Positions 19,447-29,566 are shown, numbered from the stretch's first letter. The stretch: DNA of 64,000 nucleotides from a virus (IMGVR_UViG_3300046167_000798); one strand, 5' to 3'. Made by a program: numbers and translations. Notes: generated by a model not told the origin, from the letters alone.

Positions 19447-20054
19447 ATCAAATCTTTTATTTCTTTATATATGTATTCTCCTATTAGTTTATAACCTTCT
19501 AAGTTTGGATGATAATCTCCTTCGTAGTAATTCTCTTCATCATTCCAAACCATTTTACTTCCATATTCCCAAACTGATTTTTTATTTACCATTTCTTCTA
19601 CTTGAAGCTGATAAGATAACGTTCCTTTTGGATTTATATAATATTTTGGAAAATTAAAATTATCATTTTCTATAAATGGATAAAATCCATTAAAGTAAAA
19701 CTTTTTATAACCATAAAGAAGTGTTTCAAATTTTTTAAATAACTCCTCAGGTGTGTATTTGTTGTACTTTTGATATCTATGAGGATATGAAAATACAATA
19801 ACGATTACATCTTCTTTATTTATAAACTTAAGATTCTCTTCTACCGCTTTATAAATGTATTCATTTCCAAATCCACAAACCCCAAGGTTAATATACGAAA
19901 TATTTAGCAAATTTCCAAGCCATTTTGGAAAAGAATTTTGTTCTCTTAGTTTTTCTATGAATTTTGGTGGTGTTGGATTCTCTTTATATTCAATTTCTGT
20001 TTCAACTCCATGCCCTGCCGTCCAACTATCTCCAAATGTAATTAATCTAATCAT
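19443..20054 (-). CDS. SGNH/GDSL-fold protein
   Basis: TFGDSWTAGHG, GFGNE, GDYHPNLEGY. Confidence 0.65.
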   Translation of the reverse strand: MIRLITFGDSWTAGHGVETEIEYKENPTPPKFIEKLREQNSFPKWLGNLLNISYINLGVCGFGNEYIYKAVEENLKFINKEDVIVIVFSYPHRYQKYNKYTPEELFKKFETLLYGYKKFYFNGFYPFIENDNFNFPKYYINPKGTLSYQLQVEEMVNKKSVWEYGSKMVWNDEENYYEGDYHPNLEGYKLIGEYIYKEIKDLI

Positions 20055-21406
20055 AAATTATTTATAAAATATTTAATATCTTGGTCGTTGTTTGGAAAAT
20101 TCTCAACTATTTTTTTATTTTTTTCAAACCGTTCTCTATTTGATTTAAAAAAGGTTTTAAATAAATCTTGATTATCATTTATCCTTTCAATCTCTTTTAG
20201 TGTTGCTTGAAATCTTTCTTTATCATTTTCTATATCATTGTATGAATGGTCTATAATATCTCTATAAAAATCAAAACCAAATTCTTCTTCCATAAATTTT
20301 ATATGGTCTTTAGTTGCAAATATGATTGGAAATTGATAGTAAAAGAAAGGTCTGATTGACTTTTCAGTTACATGAATAACATCATTTGGATAATCAAAGC
20401 AAGATTCGGTAATAATACTTACATACGAATCTTTATGAGTTTCATCTGTTTCAGGTATCATGAGTCCACCAGATGCTCCACCAGCTCCTTCAATATGAAT
20501 ATCAGGTCTTTCAAATCCAAAATAATTTAATTTAACATTTTGTTCATAATCACTTTTTTTAGTATCCATGACAATGAATTTCTCTATAATATCTTTTTTT
20601 GAATCTACATCATTTAATAAACAATCAAACTGAGTATAGTGAAAGTGCTCCCAAAAATCTTTTTTTTCATATGAGAAATTAAACAACATAGACCAATTAG
20701 TGTTTTTAAGAATATTTCTATCTTCTAGTTCTATTAATGTTGCAACTCTATGTGTTTTTGGTGTTTTATTAAAACAAGAAAAAAACTTATCACTTTTTTC
20801 TTTAAAATACGAAGAACCCAATTCATTCCAAATACTTGAAGATGTTATTTGTAAAAGATTTGTTCTAAAAAACTCAAAATTTGAATTTAACGATTCTCTA
20901 TACTCTTTTATTTTAGGATTGTTTGAAATGATTACTAATTTACTATCTGATATATTATTTTTTTTAAAATAGTTTACTACCGAAGTAATATCTTGTAAAT
21001 TTTCAGGTTCATGTTCTCTTATATATAAAAACTTTATATTATCACACTCACTTAAACATTTATTAATAGAACTTGGTAAATCAGTTTGAGAAAAAATATC
21101 ATGCAAACTCCAATGTGATTTTATAGCATAATAAAATTTAGTTTCAGGATTATTATATACTTCTGATACTTTATATTTGTTTATAGTAAATAAATTACGA
21201 GGATATCCTAATTGTTCATAGAAAAATCTTTCGTAAAAATCAAAGTAACCCAACTCATCTCTAAAATCAGTATCTCCTAAAAGATTTGCTAATGTATATT
21301 GAGGAGTATCTACTAAAACTGTTTCTAATTCATTTGAAGTTTCTTTTACTACCCAAGAATCATAAACAAAATTTAAAGTTTTTTTAATGTTTTCGTGTGT
21401 TCCCAT
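20051..21406 (-). CDS. GT10-like putative glycosyltransferase, paralogue 6
   Basis: FSCFNKTPKTHR; ITES..VTEKSIRPFFYYQFP..GFDFYRDIIDHSYN. Confidence 0.5.
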   Translation of the reverse strand: MGTHENIKKTLNFVYDSWVVKETSNELETVLVDTPQYTLANLLGDTDFRDELGYFDFYERFFYEQLGYPRNLFTINKYKVSEVYNNPETKFYYAIKSHWSLHDIFSQTDLPSSINKCLSECDNIKFLYIREHEPENLQDITSVVNYFKKNNISDSKLVIISNNPKIKEYRESLNSNFEFFRTNLLQITSSSIWNELGSSYFKEKSDKFFSCFNKTPKTHRVATLIELEDRNILKNTNWSMLFNFSYEKKDFWEHFHYTQFDCLLNDVDSKKDIIEKFIVMDTKKSDYEQNVKLNYFGFERPDIHIEGAGGASGGLMIPETDETHKDSYVSIITESCFDYPNDVIHVTEKSIRPFFYYQFPIIFATKDHIKFMEEEFGFDFYRDIIDHSYNDIENDKERFQATLKEIERINDNQDLFKTFFKSNRERFEKNKKIVENFPNNDQDIKYFINNL

Positions 21407-22547
21407 AATGGATAACTTTTACTGTATCTGATTTAAAACTTCTCCAAGGGTCAACTACAATAGAATCCTTTGGAAAATTAAAATCATGATGTTTACCCAT
21501 ATGTCCTAAAAGATACACAGCTTTGTACGGATGTGGTTGGTCGTATTCTGGTACAATTCCTTCTTCTTTACAGTAATGCCCTACAAGTATAGATGAAGAA
21601 CCATCTAAGTAGTGAACATCTGGTTTATATGCTTTACCAAGTATAACAATAGGAAGTTTATTTTCGTTAGCCAACTCTACTAACTTAAGTGCCATATTTT
21701 TTGCCTGTACTTCTCTTGCCAACATAATAGCATCAAATAAATCATAACCCAATCCTAAGTTTTCTGCCATATATCTTAATGCAATATTATCTCTTGGATG
21801 ACATCCACCACCATCTCCCATTCCAGCCTTCATATAAGCCGGTCCAAGTATTCTGTAAGTACTTCTTTCAAGTGCACCTGTTACAACATCAACATTCATG
21901 TTACCATTTTTTTCTGCAACATCTTGAATCATGTTTACTAATGCTACTTTTGTTGAAATAAAAGTATTATAGAAGATTTTAATTCCTTCTGCCTCATCCC
22001 AAGTACCAACTTCATATCGTGTACCTGGTTTAATGAATGTTTTATAGAAATCTAAAAGTATTTTTGCATCACCTGTCATTGAACCATCTTCTGTACCGAT
22101 GATTACCATCTCAGGATTAACCATATCCCATTTTACAGTACCCATAGCAATTAGATATGGATTGTAAATAAATCTTGTATTGGATAATCTGTCGATAAAC
22201 TCTCTTCTGATTGTACCAGGTAAAACTGTTGAAATAAGAACTACTAATTGTTCTTTATTTGTGTGTTTGTTTACTTCATCTAATACATTGTTAACGATTG
22301 AGTAATCGAAATCTTTATTTGGTAAATGTGATGTGGGTTCTCTTCCATCATAATCAGGATGGTGAGGTGTAGGAACAGCAATAAAGATTAATTCTCTATC
22401 TTTACAAACTTCTTCAATGGAACTAACCATTTGAAAATTAGCCGGTTCAACTTTTGTTACATCGTAACCTATTACTTCATGTTTTTCAGCCATTATTTCA
22501 GCTGATTCTTTTCCGAGTTTTCCAACTCCTATAAAACCTATTTTCAT
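21384..22547 (-). CDS. ugd: UDP-glucose/GDP-mannose 6-dehydrogenase family
   Basis: IGFIGVGKLG, IAVPTP, STVLPGT, IKIFYNTF, GDGGGCHPRD, LGKAYKP. Confidence 0.9.
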   Translation of the reverse strand: MKIGFIGVGKLGKESAEIMAEKHEVIGYDVTKVEPANFQMVSSIEEVCKDRELIFIAVPTPHHPDYDGREPTSHLPNKDFDYSIVNNVLDEVNKHTNKEQLVVLISTVLPGTIRREFIDRLSNTRFIYNPYLIAMGTVKWDMVNPEMVIIGTEDGSMTGDAKILLDFYKTFIKPGTRYEVGTWDEAEGIKIFYNTFISTKVALVNMIQDVAEKNGNMNVDVVTGALERSTYRILGPAYMKAGMGDGGGCHPRDNIALRYMAENLGLGYDLFDAIMLAREVQAKNMALKLVELANENKLPIVILGKAYKPDVHYLDGSSSILVGHYCKEEGIVPEYDQPHPYKAVYLLGHMGKHHDFNFPKDSIVVDPWRSFKSDTVKVIHYGNTRKH

Positions 22548-22566
22548 ATTGTATTATTTGTTTTAT

Positions 22567-22576
22567 ATATAAATAT
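22567..22576 (-). promoter_or_regulatory. ATATTTATAT motif, putative late promoter
   Basis: Exact 10-mer in the intergenic gap, 19 nt upstream of ATG 22547. Confidence 0.6.
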
Positions 22577-22581
22577 ATAAT

Positions 22582-24789
22582 TTATTTTATATCGTAAAAT
22601 ATATTTGCTAATATCTTAATAACTGAGTGTTGTGGGTTATAATCTCCAGCAGATAATTTATATCTTAAATCTACTTTATTATTAAAGTGTTGTTGATTGT
22701 AACGACACACCTCTATCATTTCATTTCTTAGTTCTTTCAATTCATCTATTGATTTATTTTCTAGTAATGCAAGTATATCAGCAACCTTCTGAATTCTAAC
22801 ATTAACATCAGTATCATTATCATAATCTTCATTCCACCATTTATCAAATGTTTTAAATCCTAATTTTTTAAGATATTTTAATGTATGTGGATTTCCTATT
22901 AATAAAAAAGGATGTCCTAAATATATTGGTTTCCATATTTTTTCAGATAAGAATAAAATTTTCTCATCAGCTAATGTTTCAGTTACCAATGATACAAATG
23001 TATGTGAAAAATCAGATATCGATATATCGTTTGCCCAATTTACATCCAATGTTCTATCAATAGTTAGTGGTGTTATTGAACTAAGTTCTTTCAAATTTGT
23101 ATAAATACGAGAATCACCTTCTTTTAAATCAAACTCACCAATACTAATCATTCCTCTCTTCAGTAAATCATATTCAAATAATTTTGAACAAATTCCTATT
23201 CTATGAGCTCTTCCCATATTTCTATTATAGGATAAATACAAGTTCATTGATTCATGTGGGTGATATGGAATTACATCATCTGGTCTAAATTGTGGATTTA
23301 ACCATATATCAAATGCAGATTCTCCGATACAATTAATTTTTAAACCTTTTTCTTTTGCAGAATCAGATATTTTTAAATTACCCGAAATATAATAAACCGA
23401 TTCTTCTTTTATTTTAGATTCATCACACCATTTTTTTATAATTTCCAAATCGTTGTTTTTATCTCCACCACTATATCCCTCAAGTGTATGATAGAAAACT
23501 ATTCTAGCTCTATTTTCCTTTACATCTCTTATAAATTTTTTAGAAACACATTTAAATCCAATATCTTTATTTAATTCAAAATAAGCTGGATTATAGATGG
23601 GGATTAAATATAGGTGTTTGTTATTTTTTATAGTTTTTCTATCATATAGTTTTACATTTTCACGCTTATTTATAGGAGCAACCATTCCTTTAAATGTTTC
23701 CTTGGTCATAAATTTTTTTGGGTCTCCATGTAGTACATTCCACTCCCCCCATAGTTTAGGAATACTAATTTTTCCTTCTTCTTCCAAGTACCATGTTTTC
23801 GATGAAGTTGCTGGTCTATTAAAATCTAATATACTATCATAATCTTCAAGAGTTATATTGATATCACCAACATACAAATCCCATATACCAGTATAATATG
23901 ATTTTGGAATAAGATTGGGATTTAATTTTTTAATTCTAGCAAAACTAACCGAATAATCTCTACTATCATTTACAACTTGAAAATCAGCATCTACTTTGGA
24001 TTCTATTACTTTTTCAATTTCACCAACTAACTCTCTTTTTGTAATATTTAATTCATCAAATCCAAGATTTAAAATTTTATCTTTATATGGAGTATTAATC
24101 AATCCAAATAAAAGTTCACACGCATCATCAATATGTAAATGAGGTCTATGTGCTTCAGGGTCCCAAATTTCTACTGACTTCCCTTCTTTAATATCTCCTA
24201 TTAAATTATTTATAAGAATATCATTTCTCTGAAAATCTCCTCTTCCATATAAAGTAGATAATCTAAATATTTTAAAAGAGTTGTTTTCTTTTAACATTAA
24301 CTTCTCACATTCTATTTTAAGTTTAGAATAATGTGAGGTTACCATTGGTTCAGTATATTCATTAACTGCCTCAGTTGTTTTTCCATATACACTACAACTA
24401 CTCATAAAATAAAAATGTTTTCCAGAATTTTCATTATCAATAGTATCACGAAACATTTCAATTACTTTAGAAAATCTATCTACTTCTTCAAGTACAGTTT
24501 TATCATCATTTATATCTTGTAATCTTGGGGATGCTAAATAAAATATTTTATCGTAATTTTCTAAGTTATTTACGTTGTTTTTTAAATTTAAAATATCATC
24601 TTCAATAAACTCAAAATGGTCTTGTTCTAATCCATTGTATATATTGAATTTATCTGATAACTTATCGATTACATCGTATGTATCATAATTCATATTATCA
24701 CATATGGTAACATGAAATCTATCTAACAATAATCTCTTAGATAATTTAAGTCCTAAATAACCAGCTCCTCCTATTACTAATATTTTCAT
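22582..24789 (-). CDS. Fusion of NAD-dependent epimerase and GT10-like paralogue 7
   Basis: N-terminal VIGGAGYLG, MSSCSVYG, YSKLK, RPHLHIDD. C-terminal YLSYNRNMGRAHR and VTET..LSEKIWKPIYLGHPF..GFKTFDKWWNEDYD. One uninterrupted 735-aa frame. Confidence 0.75.
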   Translation of the reverse strand: MKILVIGGAGYLGLKLSKRLLLDRFHVTICDNMNYDTYDVIDKLSDKFNIYNGLEQDHFEFIEDDILNLKNNVNNLENYDKIFYLASPRLQDINDDKTVLEEVDRFSKVIEMFRDTIDNENSGKHFYFMSSCSVYGKTTEAVNEYTEPMVTSHYSKLKIECEKLMLKENNSFKIFRLSTLYGRGDFQRNDILINNLIGDIKEGKSVEIWDPEAHRPHLHIDDACELLFGLINTPYKDKILNLGFDELNITKRELVGEIEKVIESKVDADFQVVNDSRDYSVSFARIKKLNPNLIPKSYYTGIWDLYVGDINITLEDYDSILDFNRPATSSKTWYLEEEGKISIPKLWGEWNVLHGDPKKFMTKETFKGMVAPINKRENVKLYDRKTIKNNKHLYLIPIYNPAYFELNKDIGFKCVSKKFIRDVKENRARIVFYHTLEGYSGGDKNNDLEIIKKWCDESKIKEESVYYISGNLKISDSAKEKGLKINCIGESAFDIWLNPQFRPDDVIPYHPHESMNLYLSYNRNMGRAHRIGICSKLFEYDLLKRGMISIGEFDLKEGDSRIYTNLKELSSITPLTIDRTLDVNWANDISISDFSHTFVSLVTETLADEKILFLSEKIWKPIYLGHPFLLIGNPHTLKYLKKLGFKTFDKWWNEDYDNDTDVNVRIQKVADILALLENKSIDELKELRNEMIEVCRYNQQHFNNKVDLRYKLSAGDYNPQHSVIKILANIFYDIK

Positions 24790-25796
24790 TCTCTTACTAA
24801 ATCAGTTGTTACACAATGGAATGAACCACCTAAAGTTCTTGAATGTCTAATCTGACAATCAAGTGTATCGATTCCATATTTCTTTAAATCTGTTATTAAT
24901 TGTTTTTGTCTATTATCTACAATTACTGTATTTTCATCTACTGATAATAAATTTACTCCAATCCATAAAGATGCTCTTATTGTTTGGTGGTATCCAATAT
25001 CTACCATCGGTGGACACCAAATTTTATCCCAAGATTTTAAGAACTCAGGCATATTGTTTTCATTTACTCTTTCAGGATTTAATAAACACAATCCTTCTCT
25101 CAAAACTGCAATAGTTGAATCAATATGAATATATGAATATACATCTTCAATGGTATGAACTCTATATTCACTACCTAAGAAGTTTTGCAACCACTTAGCA
25201 CCCTTTAAATTACCGGTGTTGGATACTAAGTACAAAATATCGTTATTACATCTTAGAATGTTTGCCGCATCAAATACAGGCTCGTGGTTATTTAAAGTAA
25301 TTTTAGATAAATCCTCTCTTTGATACATTGAATCTAATAATCTAGGTTTAGGAGCAGCTACCCAATTAGCACCTTGTTCCATTTTTTCTATAAAGATATC
25401 CTTGAAACAATCTGTTTCATATTGTCTTGACCTTAAAGACATTGCTGATTCAATTATATTATTACCAATTACTGTTACAGTATCTCTTGGACAGAAAGTA
25501 TAATACTGAGAAGTTTCCCAATGTCCATTTGATATTGTTTTAGTAGTATCGATAGGTGATGGTCTATAAACCTTAACACCAACATCAGTTAAAAGATTAG
25601 AAAGGTTTTCTAAATCTTCATAAGTTTCATCATATACTTTTTGGTCCCAAAATCCTAATTCGTTTTTTGGTATAGAATCTTCAGTAGCATAATTTATACA
25701 ATGTAAATCCTTACCATGAGTTGGCATATTTGCATTATCTACTGTTCCTACTATAACCTCTTTGAGTTTTCCCCACTCATTGTTTACATTAACCAT
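24786..25796 (-). CDS. Amidinotransferase (glycine/inosamine-phosphate amidinotransferase family)
   Basis: NEWGKLKEVIVG, CPRD, FDAAN, HIDST, GGSFHC; the Asp-His-Cys triad is intact. Confidence 0.9.
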   Translation of the reverse strand: MVNVNNEWGKLKEVIVGTVDNANMPTHGKDLHCINYATEDSIPKNELGFWDQKVYDETYEDLENLSNLLTDVGVKVYRPSPIDTTKTISNGHWETSQYYTFCPRDTVTVIGNNIIESAMSLRSRQYETDCFKDIFIEKMEQGANWVAAPKPRLLDSMYQREDLSKITLNNHEPVFDAANILRCNNDILYLVSNTGNLKGAKWLQNFLGSEYRVHTIEDVYSYIHIDSTIAVLREGLCLLNPERVNENNMPEFLKSWDKIWCPPMVDIGYHQTIRASLWIGVNLLSVDENTVIVDNRQKQLITDLKKYGIDTLDCQIRHSRTLGGSFHCVTTDLVRE

Positions 25797-25809
25797 ACTT
25801 ATTGTTTAT

Positions 25810-27720
25810 TTATTGTTTATTATAATTATAAGAACATCTCCAATATCTATTTTTTCTCTGATAGTGGTATGCTCTGTGATAAAATTCTAAAGGTTCTAAT
25901 TCTTCTTTATCATAATGGTCTAAAGTTATTGTTTCTGAATCTAATAAACCTAAAGTGTTTTGTATTGTATCTTGTTTATATGTTTTTTGAATTGGATAAA
26001 TATTAGTATAATCTCTACACATATCTAAATTAAATCTTACAACATCTGATAAATCTTCTTTAAATTTATGTTTACAAAATTCTGTTAGTTCTTCTTGTAA
26101 CCTATCTCTATTTTGTGAAAATACAATAGAAGTTGCTCCTTTATATTCCCAAAAAATATCATCATCTCCTAATACTTGTCTACCCCAAAATTCGGCTCTT
26201 TCAAAAACACCTCTCAACGAATCCTCACTCTCCAATAATTCTTCGCCAATTATAGTATCTTTCTTTGTATAAAAATATTCTAACATATCTTCAACAATAT
26301 CAATATGCTTAATACCATATTTGTTGTAAATATATTCTAAGAGATAGTGTCCCCATCCATAATAATAAAATACTATTAAAAGATGGGAAAACAAATTACC
26401 TTTAACAACAATATCTCGTGTTGTCGTGTTCGTCCCAACCACCGCTAACGTTCTCTCTACTATATAATCTTCTAAATCATCAACAGTTAAATAAAATGTA
26501 TCTAGGGGTACATCAACTGTTTTTAATTCATATTTTTTAATATATTCAGGTTGTCCCATTTCCGCATTGTAAGTAATAACAAGTGGATGTACCATTAAAA
26601 AATCTTTTTGTCCTAATTCTATTAATCTTTGAATACCATTTTTTAAAGTATCATAAGTTTCATTTGGCATTGGCCAAATTAATTCTGAATATGTTGGTAT
26701 ATCAACTTCTTGATATTTTTTTAAGTATGTAAGTGCTTCTTCTGTTTTAAGATTTAATCTTTTTGATGCATCTAGTGTTTCTTGATTCAAAGATTGCATT
26801 GCAAATGTTACTCCTTTAAATAATCGAGTACCTGCTTCTTTATCCATCATTGCTATTTCATAGATTCTATCAGAATTTGCCTTTGCCCAAGTTACATCCC
26901 AAAATTTTGGCCATCCTGTTTTCTGTTTTGTTTCAATTACATATTTTGTAATATCAACATCTCTTGGCATCAATCCCCAATTTGAATCACATACTGCAAC
27001 ATACTCAATCTTTTTTCTTGCCATCCAATCAATCTCTGCTTTCACTCTTACCATATCAAACATTTTGATTTTCTGCCAATATGCATCTCCGATATCACAA
27101 AATGTACATTTGTAAGGACAACCTCTTAAAGTTTCATAAGTTACCTGCCACATTTGAGGCCCATGTTCCTTTTCAACTCTTTCCATAATCCAATCATAAA
27201 AACCTGAAAGGATTGGTGATGGAATAATATTCAAATCTTGTACTCTTGTTGGAAGTGGACAAAGTTCTCCTCCTTTTGGAAAAACATGAGGAATATCTTC
27301 AAACGTTTCTCCTTTATGAAATCGTTTTAATAATTCTTTTGATGCAAATTCACCCTCTCCTAAAACGGCAACATCAAACATTGGATAATTTGTAAAAAAC
27401 TCTTTATCTCGTTTATCAACATGAGGTCCTCCTGTGATTGTTAAACAGTTTGGATATTTTTCTTTTGTTCTTTTTGCTAATTCTTTATTATATTCCCAAT
27501 TCCAAACATAAGAAGATAACATCATTACATGAGGTTCATCAACCATATCATCTACATATTGTTTTGGTGGTTTTTTTTCAATCAAAACATCAGAAACTTG
27601 GTAATTTTCTTTTACCATTTTACTTGTACTCGCAAACATCCATTGGTAACTTATCGCAATAGGTAAGAAACTGTTTGGTCCGTATTTATCCGCTACTTGT
27701 ACAAGATATAAGTTTTTCAT
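25810..27720 (-). CDS. Cobalamin-binding radical SAM protein
   Basis: B12-domain motifs SSYVWN, ITGGPH, GEGE; ETLRGCPYKCTFC (CxxxCxxC). Confidence 0.9.
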   Translation of the reverse strand: MKNLYLVQVADKYGPNSFLPIAISYQWMFASTSKMVKENYQVSDVLIEKKPPKQYVDDMVDEPHVMMLSSYVWNWEYNKELAKRTKEKYPNCLTITGGPHVDKRDKEFFTNYPMFDVAVLGEGEFASKELLKRFHKGETFEDIPHVFPKGGELCPLPTRVQDLNIIPSPILSGFYDWIMERVEKEHGPQMWQVTYETLRGCPYKCTFCDIGDAYWQKIKMFDMVRVKAEIDWMARKKIEYVAVCDSNWGLMPRDVDITKYVIETKQKTGWPKFWDVTWAKANSDRIYEIAMMDKEAGTRLFKGVTFAMQSLNQETLDASKRLNLKTEEALTYLKKYQEVDIPTYSELIWPMPNETYDTLKNGIQRLIELGQKDFLMVHPLVITYNAEMGQPEYIKKYELKTVDVPLDTFYLTVDDLEDYIVERTLAVVGTNTTTRDIVVKGNLFSHLLIVFYYYGWGHYLLEYIYNKYGIKHIDIVEDMLEYFYTKKDTIIGEELLESEDSLRGVFERAEFWGRQVLGDDDIFWEYKGATSIVFSQNRDRLQEELTEFCKHKFKEDLSDVVRFNLDMCRDYTNIYPIQKTYKQDTIQNTLGLLDSETITLDHYDKEELEPLEFYHRAYHYQRKNRYWRCSYNYNKQ

Positions 27721-28409
27721 TTTGAGAATATACTATTTTTTGTTATATCTTTATAGGACTCCGAAGAATGAGTATCTTCGTGTTCTACATTAAGTTGATT
27801 AAATAAAATCAATCCTCTTGCTGCATCTTCTGGTGTCATATACATATGATACCCAAATAAATCAATATCATCTTCTAACTGAGATTTATTTAAATCTCTA
27901 CCATCATATCTAATCTTTTTTAAATACTCATATGCCCTTTTATCATCAGTTAGTATAATCCCACCTCTACCAATTGGTAATCTTTTTTTAATCTGAAAAG
28001 ATAAAACTTGCAGTGAGTTATTACCAACATACATATCTTTTGTAAATCTACCCGCAGAATCCCAAATATTAAAAGGTTCTAATTGATAAATACCTTTCCA
28101 TTCTGTATTTTCAAAAAATACTCTATATCCTGCATTTATAATTTGTTTAGGTACTGATATGTAAGTGTGTTTTGGTATTGATATTACATTACCTTCCTTA
28201 CGAATATATTTTAAACAAAGAAATAATCCATTTGTACAACAATCAATTGCAATTGCATATTTAGAACCAGCATATTCTGATATTTCTTTTTCAAACATTT
28301 CCACAATCTCGTGTGGTTTATTCCAATCGTAACCAAGTTCTCTAATTTGGTCTGGTTCAGGTCTTTGGAATTCTTTTGGTATTTTTCCGAGTGGCCAAGT
28401 ATTATGCAT
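27717..28409 (-). CDS. DegT/DnrJ/EryC1/StrS PLP aminotransferase (short, 230 aa)
   Basis: FEKEISEYAGSKYAIAIDCCTNGL, WDSA, SFQIKKRLPIGRGG (PLP Lys), GYHMYM. Confidence 0.85.
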   Translation of the reverse strand: MHNTWPLGKIPKEFQRPEPDQIRELGYDWNKPHEIVEMFEKEISEYAGSKYAIAIDCCTNGLFLCLKYIRKEGNVISIPKHTYISVPKQIINAGYRVFFENTEWKGIYQLEPFNIWDSAGRFTKDMYVGNNSLQVLSFQIKKRLPIGRGGIILTDDKRAYEYLKKIRYDGRDLNKSQLEDDIDLFGYHMYMTPEDAARGLILFNQLNVEHEDTHSSESYKDITKNSIFSK

Positions 28410-29566
28410 TATATGTAAGGTGTTGTATCATTATTTAATTTACTATTTTTATATACTTCAAGAATTTCTTCTATATTATTATCTCGAACATTTACAACAG
28501 GTTTATTTCTATCTTCATTATTATAATATTTTGCAAATTCACTCCAAGTTGAATCAGGATTTGCTATAAGCATTCCACAGTAACTAAGACCGAATAAGTC
28601 AATAATATTAGCAAAAACATTACCATATGTTTTCATAAATTCTATATCCATTCCTGCTCTATATGCATTTTCTTCCATTGCATATCTAAAAAATACTTTT
28701 TCAGATATTCTATCCTTATATCTTAATTCATATGGCCTTAGAAATACATCAGGTAAATCATGTGAAATATAAAATTTTTGTTTTGGATTTATTTTTAGTA
28801 TTTCATCAATTATATCAAAATACATAGTATCAGGATAAAATTTATAATTATCGTTAACTGATTTTAATCCATGAATTTTTTCTTTATACATTTTGCCTAA
28901 ATTTGGGTCTGTATCATCCCATGTTTTTATTTCTTCATCATTTACTTTAACTCCATTAAATCTCCTTATATGAATACCAACACAATCATGTAATGAAGAT
29001 GATAAAGTTTCTTCCATATATGAGTGTCTTAATCTTATCTTAGTTAAAGGTCTATTATATGGGTCATATGAATCCTTTATTGATTTTGATGCATATTTGT
29101 TAACTACATCTTTTAAAGTTTCATATCCAAAATCAGAATGATAATGGTCTTTATCTAATATTCCTTTATTATTAAAAATTTTAGCCACATTCGATAGTTT
29201 TAACTTTTCTGATAAGTAAACATTTTCATTTGGTAAATCATATACTGTTTTAAATGATAATGTTTCATAATCAAAATTCCAAGTCCAATCTTGTTTTTGT
29301 AAATTTGATACAGATGGAAATGTGTTTGGCATATCAATCAGAGGTAATTCTGGCCAATGTTTTTGTTGTATTTGTATTTTATGAGAGTTTTTATTTATCT
29401 CAGATAAAAAATGTGCAATTTCCCAATGGAATATTCTATTACATAATCCTGTATCATTGTTACTAAGTGAAACATTGAAATTATTAAAATAATTATGAGC
29501 CTGTCCCCACCCTCCAAATGGTTCAATCCATCTTAGGGTTTTTTTAAAAATATCATGATTATTCAT
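28409..29566 (-). CDS. GT11/GT23-like fucosyltransferase-fold protein
   Basis: TGLCNRIF, VGIHIRR, FYISHD, DLFGLSYC..STWS follow the GT11/GT23 motif order. Confidence 0.55.
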   Translation of the reverse strand: MNNHDIFKKTLRWIEPFGGWGQAHNYFNNFNVSLSNNDTGLCNRIFHWEIAHFLSEINKNSHKIQIQQKHWPELPLIDMPNTFPSVSNLQKQDWTWNFDYETLSFKTVYDLPNENVYLSEKLKLSNVAKIFNNKGILDKDHYHSDFGYETLKDVVNKYASKSIKDSYDPYNRPLTKIRLRHSYMEETLSSSLHDCVGIHIRRFNGVKVNDEEIKTWDDTDPNLGKMYKEKIHGLKSVNDNYKFYPDTMYFDIIDEILKINPKQKFYISHDLPDVFLRPYELRYKDRISEKVFFRYAMEENAYRAGMDIEFMKTYGNVFANIIDLFGLSYCGMLIANPDSTWSEFAKYYNNEDRNKPVVNVRDNNIEEILEVYKNSKLNNDTTPYI

